The notes below the pieces were generated by a model. The model was given only the letters and a program-made list of their open reading frames with translations. It did not search any database and was not told where the DNA came from. Shown here piece after piece: positions 56,811 through 64,000 of a stretch of 64,000 nucleotides of DNA (its first letter is position 1; every line of letters starts with the position of its first letter). A program made the translations under genes and the position numbers. Source of the stretch: an uncultured Trueperaceae bacterium. GTDB taxonomy: Bacteria; Deinococcota; Deinococci; Deinococcales; Trueperaceae. The stretch is from positions 32,001-96,000 of the forward strand of contig CAWCXJ010000005.1 of NCBI GenBank assembly GCA_963799485.1. The letters run 5' to 3'.

Positions 56811-58598
56811 TTACTCCCCGCTCGAGAGCACCGCCAAAAACGCCTCTTGCGGCACCTCGACCGTCCCTAACTGCTTCATCCGCTCTTTACCCTTTTTCTG
56901 TTTCTCCAAAAGCTTGCGTTTACGCGTGATGTCACCGCCGTAGCACTTGGCAGTCACGTCTTTGCGGAAGGCGCGGACGGTGGCGCGGGCTAACACCTTG
57001 CTGCCAATCGCGGCCTGAATCGGGACGGCGAACATCTGCCGGGGGATGACCTCGGCCATCTTATCGACGATTTTTCGGCCCAGCGCGTACGCCTTGTCGC
57101 GGTGAACGATGACCGCAAGCGCGTCCACTTTTTCGTCGTTGACCATGATGTCTACCTTGACGAGGTTACCCTCGCGGTACTCCAAGGACTCGTAGTCCAT
57201 GCTGGCGTAGCCGCGCGTCAACGATTTGAGGCGGTCGTGAAAGTCGTACAAGATTTCGCCGAAGGGGATTTCGTAGCGCAGCTCGACGCGCCGCCCGTGA
57301 TAGATCATGTTTTTCATCTCGCCGCGCCGCTCTTGCAACAAGCCCATCATATTGCCGACGTACTCTTCGGGCACGTAGATGTTGAGCTTGACGTAAGGCT
57401 CTAAAATCCGGGCAATTTTGCCGGGGTCGGGCAGGTCGGCGGGGTTTTGGATGCGCTCCGAGGAGCCGTCGGTGCGTTCGATTTCGTAAATGACTGCCGG
57501 GGCGGTGGCAATCAGGCCCAGGTCGAACTCGCGCTCGAGCCTAGCCTGCACGATGTCCGCGTGCAGCAGCCCTAAAAAGCCGCACCGAAACCCGAACCCC
57601 AACGCTTCCGAAGTCTCAGGTTCAAAGGTAAAGGCCGCGTCGTTTAACGAGAGTTTCTCGAGTGCCTCGCGGAGTTTCGGGTAATCTTCCGAATCGGTCG
57701 GGTAAAGCCCCGAGAACACCACCGGTTGCGCGGGCTTAAAACCGGGGATGATGTTCTCTGTCGGGCGGGTTGCGCCCGTAATGGTGTCGCCGATCTGCGT
57801 GTCCGAGATGTCTTTGATGGCCGCTGTAAGCCAGCCCACCTCACCGGGGCCGAGCTGCTCGGACACAGTGGGCGCTGGCGAAAAGAACCCGACTTTATCG
57901 ACCGTAAAGGTCTTGCCGGTGCTGACGATTTTGATGGCGTCGCCCTCTTTAACCGTGCCGTCGAATACCCGGACAAACGAAATTACGCCCTGATACGAAT
58001 CGAACACGGCGTCGAAAATCAGGCACGAAAGGGGCGCTTTGGCGTCGCCTTGCGGCGGCGGCAGGTGGGCAACGATGCCTTCTAAAATCGCCTCGACGTT
58101 TTCGCCGGTCTTGGCTGAGACCGCGACTGCGAAGTCGCCGGGGATGCCGACGACTTCCTCCAATTCTTCAATCGCGCCGGCAGGGTCCGCGTTGGGCAGG
58201 TCGATTTTGTTGACCACCGGCAAGACTTCCAAGCCGTTGTCGGTTGCCAGATACGCGTTTTGGATGGTCTGCGCCTCGACCCCTTGCGACGCGTCGATGA
58301 CGAGCAGGACGCCTTCACACGCCCGCAGCGAGCGCGACACTTCATAGTTGAAATCGACGTGACCGGGGGTGTCGATGAGGTTAAACATATACGGCGCGCC
58401 GTTTTTGGCGGTGTAGGTCAGGCGCATCGGGGTGGCTTTGATGGTGATGCCCCGTTCGCGCTCGAGCTCTAGCGTGTCCAACATCTGATCGCGGCGGCCC
58501 CGCTCGGAGACGGCCTGCGTCAGCTCCAAGATGCGGTCGGCAAGGGTCGATTTGCCGTGGTCCACATGTGCGATGATCGAAAAGTTACGGATTTCCAC
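56811..58598 (-). CDS. lepA: Translation elongation factor 4
   Basis: [65 protein letters not shown]. Confidence 0.98.
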   Translation of the reverse strand: MEIRNFSIIAHVDHGKSTLADRILELTQAVSERGRRDQMLDTLELERERGITIKATPMRLTYTAKNGAPYMFNLIDTPGHVDFNYEVSRSLRACEGVLLVIDASQGVEAQTIQNAYLATDNGLEVLPVVNKIDLPNADPAGAIEELEEVVGIPGDFAVAVSAKTGENVEAILEGIVAHLPPPQGDAKAPLSCLIFDAVFDSYQGVISFVRVFDGTVKEGDAIKIVSTGKTFTVDKVGFFSPAPTVSEQLGPGEVGWLTAAIKDISDTQIGDTITGATRPTENIIPGFKPAQPVVFSGLYPTDSEDYPKLREALEKLSLNDAAFTFEPETSEALGFGFRCGFLGLLHADIVQARLEREFDLGLIATAPAVIYEIERTDGSSERIQNPADLPDPGKIARILEPYVKLNIYVPEEYVGNMMGLLQERRGEMKNMIYHGRRVELRYEIPFGEILYDFHDRLKSLTRGYASMDYESLEYREGNLVKVDIMVNDEKVDALAVIVHRDKAYALGRKIVDKMAEVIPRQMFAVPIQAAIGSKVLARATVRAFRKDVTAKCYGGDITRKRKLLEKQKKGKERMKQLGTVEVPQEAFLAVLSSGE

Positions 58599-58624
58599 AG
58601 GTCATTGTAGCCCGGACAGGTAGC

Positions 58625-58713
58625 GCAATAGGTGTTGAGCAATGAGCAGAAAGCTAGTAGGCCATGAGGGAAAATCAAAAGCTTTTACGCGTTGCTCATG
58701 ACTTATTGCTGCT
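58625..58713. repeat. Palindromic intergenic repeat, copy C
   Basis: GAGCAATGAGCA...TGAGGGAAAATCAAAAGCTTTTACGCGTTGCTC...CTTATTGCT. Confidence 0.8.
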
Positions 58714-58754
58714 TCATACCTTCTTGTCTCCAGCTTCGTGTCACGATCAGAACC

Positions 58755-59555
58755 GTGGACATTTCCAACCTTTACGGCAGCCCCCGGCATCAGGGGTTTG
58801 TACTCGGTCAAAGCAAACGGCGTGCGCTGCTCTTGCACGGCTTTCCCGGTACACCCGCTGAGATGTTGCCGCTCGCCGAGGCGCTGACCGAGGGGGGGCT
58901 CGAGGTTCACGGCCCGCTCTTGCCCGGTTTCGGCCTGGACATAGAAAATCTGGGCAAAACGCGCTGGCAGGACTGGGTAAGGGCGGCGCAAACGGCCTGG
59001 ACGCAAGTTCAAAACGGCGCAGAGACGACCTTGCTGCTGGGGTTTTCAATGGGTGGGGCGGTGGCGCTCAACCTGACGGCGAACCCCGACCGGCTTGTGC
59101 TCATCGCCCCGTTTTGGCGTTTTACCGACCCGCGTGCGAAACTCTTGCCTGTTGCCCGTTTTGTCTTGCCGCAACTCAAGCCGTTTCAAAACGCGGACTT
59201 CAGCGCCGAGGTGGTGCGTTCGCAGTTCCGGCGGCTCGAGCCCGCCCTCGACTTGGACGACCCCGAGGTTCAAAAAGAGCTTAAGGAAAAGGTCGTCTTG
59301 CCCACCTCGTCTTTGGTAGAACTTCAGCGGCTCGGTAAGCAGGCGTACCGGGCCGCGCCACGGGTCAAGGCTCCCGTGCTCGTGCTTCAGGGCCGGTGCG
59401 ACCGGACCGTCGCTCTTACCGATACCCGCCGCCTGGCCGCACGCCTGGGCAGTCCCCTCAGCTTGCTCGAGCTTGACGGCACACACGAGCTGATCAGCCC
59501 GAACGCGGCGGGGTTTGAAGGGGTAGTGGGGCGACTCAAAACGTTTCTAGGCTGA
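58755..59555 (+). CDS. Alpha/beta hydrolase (carboxylesterase-like)
   Basis: LLHGFPGTP, LPGFG, GFSMGG, LQG..D..V, GTH. Confidence 0.88.
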   Translation: MDISNLYGSPRHQGFVLGQSKRRALLLHGFPGTPAEMLPLAEALTEGGLEVHGPLLPGFGLDIENLGKTRWQDWVRAAQTAWTQVQNGAETTLLLGFSMGGAVALNLTANPDRLVLIAPFWRFTDPRAKLLPVARFVLPQLKPFQNADFSAEVVRSQFRRLEPALDLDDPEVQKELKEKVVLPTSSLVELQRLGKQAYRAAPRVKAPVLVLQGRCDRTVALTDTRRLAARLGSPLSLLELDGTHELISPNAAGFEGVVGRLKTFLG

Positions 59556-59803
59556 CGCCGGGCGGGTCTGACGAGGCTGCCCCCGTCAGGAACAGCTCAC
59601 CCTTCTAAAACGTCGGTGTGAGCTGTAGCAAAACTCATCGCCGGATTTCCAGAAGCTGAGATACACGCTCCGAAGGGGCCAACTGTGAGCGTTTCACGGC
59701 CTCGTGCGCCGATAAACCCGAGGCTGGCCGCGAGCTGTTTTAACGCCTGCTCAGCCATATCGTTTTCTCCAGCGGTCACTTGCTGCAAAACTCGGCACAA
59801 AAC

Positions 59804-60901
59804 TCAACTGAGTGCTCGCCATTCGCGTTCCAAAATTGCAAACACCACGTTGTCCGCCCATTCGCCTTTGAACCACAAGTCTTCTTTATGGTGCGCTTCT
59901 TGCCGCATTCCGAGGCGTTCCATGAGTTTGATTGAAGGCAGGTTACGCGGGTCGGTAACGCCCCGGATGCGGTGCAGCCCTTTTTCGGTAAAGGCGTGAT
60001 GAAAAAGCGCTTTTACGGCTTCGGTCGCCAGACCTCGCCCCTGAAATCTGGGGTCGAAGGTGTAACCGATTTCCGCTTGTTTGCCCGCTTCGTCCATTTT
60101 GAAATAGAGGTCGCCGATAAGCGCGTCGGTACTTTTTAGCGCCACTCCGAACTGAAACCAGTTTCCGGCAGAAAAGGGCTCGAGCACCTTGCAACCGTTT
60201 ATCAGCTCACGCGCTTCTTCGGCGGTGTAGCTTTCCCACAGCTGCATCCAGGCGACTTCGCTCAGGTTGCGGTAGGCGACGAGCGCGTCCAAATCGTTAT
60301 CGCGTAAACGGCGAAGCGTGAGGCGTTCGGTTTCGACGGCCCTAAACGTCGTGCGTGTTTGCCGGGCCCGGTAGTCGGGTGCTAACAAACTCATCTTGAC
60401 AGCGTTGTGATACTCCCCGTTCCAAAACAGTACATCGCGTAAAATACCTTCTTGCACAAAGCCGAGTTTTTTGTAAAGGTGCTGCGCGCGTGGGTTGAAC
60501 GTGAAAACTTCCAGGCCGACGCGGTGGAGTTCCAGCACCTCGAACGCGTGCTTGAGCAGCAGTTCGGCCGCTTCGCTGCCGTAACCTTTGCCGCGATTTT
60601 CCGGCCCGCTTATCGCAATGCGAAAATGCGCCGACTTGTTCGTCCAGTCGATCTCATTTAAGACGATCTCGCCCCGGTAGCGCGGGTCGTCCGACAGGGT
60701 GACGGCGTAATCCAGGCGGTCGTCGGCCCCGGCAACGCACGCACAAAACGCCCTGACTTGCGCCAGCGTAAAGTTTTCTTGCGTGCCGGTCAGCTTCAGC
60801 GCTTCTTCGTCGCCGAGACCGGCAAATATTGCTTCGGCGTCCTCGGCGGTGATGGGCCGCAGCGCGATAGTCTTGCCTTTCAAAATAGGTTTGTCGAGCA
60901 T
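59804..60901 (-). CDS. Tandem RimJ/RimL-type GNAT acetyltransferase (two domains)
   Basis: Domain 1: RGKGYGSEA...N.RA..LYKKLGF.QEG. Domain 2: ETERLTLR...QGRGLATEA...N.PS.KLMERLGM. Confidence 0.88.
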   Translation of the reverse strand: MLDKPILKGKTIALRPITAEDAEAIFAGLGDEEALKLTGTQENFTLAQVRAFCACVAGADDRLDYAVTLSDDPRYRGEIVLNEIDWTNKSAHFRIAISGPENRGKGYGSEAAELLLKHAFEVLELHRVGLEVFTFNPRAQHLYKKLGFVQEGILRDVLFWNGEYHNAVKMSLLAPDYRARQTRTTFRAVETERLTLRRLRDNDLDALVAYRNLSEVAWMQLWESYTAEEARELINGCKVLEPFSAGNWFQFGVALKSTDALIGDLYFKMDEAGKQAEIGYTFDPRFQGRGLATEAVKALFHHAFTEKGLHRIRGVTDPRNLPSIKLMERLGMRQEAHHKEDLWFKGEWADNVVFAILEREWRALS

Positions 60902-61301
60902 AGCGTACTCCCTTTTGCCCTGACTCGAGCCGGCTGCGGTGTGTTTTCTCTTTCGAGCCTACAAGTACAGATTATTTAAGGACAAGTGCGATAACTGTCG
61001 GGACAAACTGCCGGCTTATAGCCGAAGTGGAGCCTGGTACACGGGACGAACCGCTCCAACACGCACAGCTGTTTGCGGGCCGTAAACGCCACTACTGTCG
61101 CCACGCGTGCCTTCAAGGATAGTTAAGGATATGACGTAAGCGACTGTAAGAAATCAGAGCCGTAGGCGGGCAAACCGTCGTCATACTTGACCAAACTGTG
61201 GACTCCAGAAAGCCGAATTTCCTCTAGAATATCCCCGCACCCCGAACGACCACATGCGAGCACTTTTGGAAAAAGTTCCAAGTGCCCGCCCGCCGGTTTC
61301 G

Positions 61302-61330
61302 TTGACACCTACAAAGCAGGTTGCTATGCT
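61302..61330 (+). promoter_or_regulatory. Sigma70-type promoter of the V-ATPase operon
   Basis: TTGACA-17 nt-TATGCT. Confidence 0.75.
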
Positions 61331-61471
61331 GAAACGCGTAAAGCGCGATAGGTCTACTTCGCGTTTTTTTATGCCGTAAGATGCAACCCTTGTCCCGGCT
61401 TCGGCTGTGGTTCCCGAACTGTGCCGAAATCCGGTAAAGGTGTGTCTTTACTCATAGGGAAGGAGGATCGC

Positions 61472-61792
61472 TTGGAAGCTCAGGGTGAAAAACTGTTGCA
61501 ACGTCTCGCCGACGAAGAGCAGCAACTCCTCGAGAAAATCGACCGGGCCAAAGAGGAAGCGTCGCGGATCGTTGCCGAAGCGGAGCAAAGGGCCGAGAGC
61601 ATCCGTCAGGGAGCGGCTGAACGTGCGGATAAAGCTGCTCAGGAGCGGCGCGACGAAGCCGAACGTGAAAGCAGCGCCGCCCGCGACGAGGTGCTAAAAC
61701 GCGCCGAAAGGGACGTTGCCGAGGCCAAGGCGAGAGCGCAAAAAAGGCGGGACGGGGCCGTCAAACGAATTCTGGAGCAGGTGCTACCGTGA
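61472..61792 (+). CDS. V/A-type ATP synthase subunit G (H)
   Basis: Charged coiled coil ending EQVLP; RBS AGGAGG before TTG; directly precedes subunit I. Confidence 0.8.
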   Translation: MEAQGEKLLQRLADEEQQLLEKIDRAKEEASRIVAEAEQRAESIRQGAAERADKAAQERRDEAERESSAARDEVLKRAERDVAEAKARAQKRRDGAVKRILEQVLP

Positions 61793-61817
61793 GACGGCGT
61801 TTACGGGTGATCTCGCT

Positions 61818-63812
61818 GTGATTTCTACGATGGATCAGCTGCTCGTCGTCGGACGCCGGGGTATCGCCAAAGAGGTACTCGCTACGCTGCAGCAACTTGG
61901 CGTCGTGCAACTCGTCCCGGTTCGCAGCGACGCACTCGGGCAGTTCGCCGTCGGCGACACCGACAAAGAGACCGAAGAAGCGTGGGACGCAGCGGTGGCC
62001 CGTAGTGAAGGGCTGATTGCAAGTTTTGGGCTCGAGGCTACCCCGACGCCGAAAATGAGCAACAAAGACCGTGACCGCCTGCCGAGCAGTCTTAGCGACA
62101 TTCAAGACTACCTCGCCGAGGTCGGCGCACAGGCCGACCGCCTGATCGCCGAACGCGCGCAAATCGCCGACGAGCAAGACGTCATCAACGTCTATCTGCC
62201 GCAGTTTCGTGAGCTTGCGCCGCTCCTCGCCCCGTTAGAAGACAGCCGTTATCTGAGTAGCGCCGCCTTTTTGATTCCCAACGAGGACACGTTGGAGAAG
62301 ACCCGGGCAGCACTCTCCGAAACGCTTTCCGAACGTTACGAGTTGGCGCTCAAAGCGCAGGGCAAAAGCTTTGTTGCCGTCGTCGCGGTTATGAAAGCCG
62401 ATCAGCCGGAGCTGCTGGCGACGCTTTCGCGTTTGGGTCTCGGGGAGCTGCGTTTGCCCGAACGTTACGAAGGCGAAGGGGTTGCTAAAGCCGTTCACCT
62501 GATGACGGAGCGCGCGCAGTCCTTACCCAAACGCCGCCAAACCATCGACCAAGAACTCGCTGAACTCGGTAAAGCAAACGGTGCGAAACTCCTGCTGGTG
62601 CGCGATACGGCGCTCACCTACCGGGCGCGCTACGACGCACTCGGTGGTCTGGCGGGGGGCCGTTACAGCTTCGCCTTGCAAGGCTGGGTGCCATCGGACG
62701 AGCGCGCGCGCGTCGTTGCTGCCCTCGAGAAACAGTTCGCTTCGGGTATCGCCGTAGAGAGCCGCCGCGCCGACGATCACCACGACGAAGGGGTGCCGGT
62801 GAAGCTCGATAACCCCGGCTGGGTCAAACCTTTCGAGGGGCTCTTGTCGCTTTTTGCGCCCCCTAAATACGGCTACTTCGACCCTGCCTGGACGCTGGCA
62901 GTTTTCTTTCCGCTCTTTTTTGGCCTGGTCGTCGGCGATATCGGCTTCGGCCTGATCTTCCTGGCGCTCGGTCTCTGGTTACGGATACGCGGTAAAGCCG
63001 GTAAATCCCTGAGCCTCGGCCCTATCGGAATTACTCTGCAACCCGCCGCGATGCCGTCAATTGGCACCGTCATCAACTGGTGCGCGGCGTGGTCAATCTT
63101 TTGGGGCTTTCTCTACGGTGAGTTCTTCGGGAACTTTTTAGAACTTTGGCCGCGCAACAGCCCTGTCTTCTACGTCCCGGGCCACAGTGGACATGGTCTT
63201 ATCCCTATCGTCTTGTTCCGCGTCGAGGTGTTTCAGCCGCTACTACTGATTTCGCTCGGTTTCGGGATTTTTCAGGTGCTGTTCGGCTGGGCCATCCGCG
63301 CCTACTACGGCTTTCGTCACGGCGACAAGAAGCACCTGTGGGAAGGTATCGGGATGTTCAGCGGTCTTAGCGCCGTCGTCATTTTCTCCTACGGCTTTTT
63401 AACGCAGTCGAATAACGCGTTTACCTGGTTTCTCATCATCGCTGGTTTTGCAATTTTTATCGTAGCTGTCGTACTTTCGCGTATCCCGCTGATGATCGTC
63501 GAACTGATCTCCAACTCAGGCGCGATTTTGTCCTACTTACGACTTTTCGCCGTCGGTTTGTCGGCCGCACTCGTCGCTAACCTGGCGACCGACCTAGGCT
63601 TTGCTATCGGGGGCGTTGCGCCCGTTATCGGGCCTGTTCTCGGAGTTATCGTCGCCCTGGCTGTTCATACGTTGGCCCTCGCCCTGACGATTATCGGGCA
63701 TACGCTGCAACCTTTACGTCTTCAATACGTCGAGTTTTTTACCAGATTCGGGTTTTACGAAGAAGATGGTACGCCGTACCGTCCGTTTCGCACTCTTGGA
63801 GGAAAAGCATGA
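61818..63812 (+). CDS. V/A-type ATP synthase subunit I
   Basis: LQQLGVVQ, LQGWVP, VPVKLDNP, FFGLVVGDIGFG, YGEFFG, LSYLRLFAVGL, RLQYVEFFTRF. Confidence 0.94.
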   Translation: MISTMDQLLVVGRRGIAKEVLATLQQLGVVQLVPVRSDALGQFAVGDTDKETEEAWDAAVARSEGLIASFGLEATPTPKMSNKDRDRLPSSLSDIQDYLAEVGAQADRLIAERAQIADEQDVINVYLPQFRELAPLLAPLEDSRYLSSAAFLIPNEDTLEKTRAALSETLSERYELALKAQGKSFVAVVAVMKADQPELLATLSRLGLGELRLPERYEGEGVAKAVHLMTERAQSLPKRRQTIDQELAELGKANGAKLLLVRDTALTYRARYDALGGLAGGRYSFALQGWVPSDERARVVAALEKQFASGIAVESRRADDHHDEGVPVKLDNPGWVKPFEGLLSLFAPPKYGYFDPAWTLAVFFPLFFGLVVGDIGFGLIFLALGLWLRIRGKAGKSLSLGPIGITLQPAAMPSIGTVINWCAAWSIFWGFLYGEFFGNFLELWPRNSPVFYVPGHSGHGLIPIVLFRVEVFQPLLLISLGFGIFQVLFGWAIRAYYGFRHGDKKHLWEGIGMFSGLSAVVIFSYGFLTQSNNAFTWFLIIAGFAIFIVAVVLSRIPLMIVELISNSGAILSYLRLFAVGLSAALVANLATDLGFAIGGVAPVIGPVLGVIVALAVHTLALALTIIGHTLQPLRLQYVEFFTRFGFYEEDGTPYRPFRTLGGKA

Positions 63813-64000
63813 AAAAAGTTCTCGTTTTAGTCGCTCTCTTTACGCTCATCAGTTTGGGTTTTGCTCAAGAACCAGGAGTAGCGGCAGCAACTCCTGGTGG
63901 TACTATCGGAGACGGCCTTATCGCTATCGGCGCGGCCCTCGCAGTTGGTCTCGCTGCTATCGGGGTAGGGATCGCGCAGGCGTCAATCGGGAGTGCCGGA
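63809..64000 (+). CDS. V/A-type ATP synthase proteolipid subunit K (c), partial
   Basis: MKKVLVLVALFTLISLGFAQE...GLIAIGAALAVGLAAIGVGIAQASIGSAG; overlaps the subunit I stop. Confidence 0.88.
   Translation, partial: MKKVLVLVALFTLISLGFAQEPGVAAATPGGTIGDGLIAIGAALAVGLAAIGVGIAQASIGSAG

Noticed and set aside
59597..59758. Short ORF MAEQALKQLAASLGF... downstream of the tandem GNAT gene
   Set aside because: It has an RBS-like GGAGA but only about 53 codons and no recognisable motif; possibly a truncated remnant, not supportable as a feature.
1..64000. tRNA/rRNA genes, prophage, integrase or intact defence systems
   Set aside because: None recognised in the sequence or the ORF translations.

Overview
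A GC-rich bacterial chromosomal segment that looks like Deinococcota, probably Truepera-like. This is an inference from the V/A-type ATPase operon, the pilA/comZ-type pilin locus and the many leaderless TAnnnT promoters. Most of the window is housekeeping or metabolic: aroE, ltaE, pabB-pabC, aroH, serS, gatC, kup, hisIE, rdgB-rph-murI, scpB, lepA and the start of the V-ATPase operon. It also holds a B12-riboswitch-controlled cobinamide salvage/remodelling operon (with a CobQ-CobU fusion and cbiZ), a TPP-riboswitch thiamine-salvage operon, a type IV pilin/ComZ-like locus and two IS remnants. The strongest candidates for something new are: (1) a larEBC nickel-pincer cofactor cluster with no larA, led by an aldo-keto reductase that seems to lack the usual NADPH-binding C-terminal motif; (2) a shared 11-bp direct-repeat promoter box (TGTAAGAAnTTTGT) at nearly fixed spacing from the -10 element of the major pilin, comZ-like and GGDEF-EAL genes; (3) heavy window-wide enrichment of TTTACGG/CCGTAAA and CTCGAG; (4) a dispersed palindromic intergenic repeat family, plus recurrent tandem duplications over stop codons. 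Single frameshifts in serS, cbiZ and the GGDEF-EAL gene are probably consensus errors, while the major pilin carries an unusually dense cluster of indels. All calls come from reading the sequence by eye; no searches were run.
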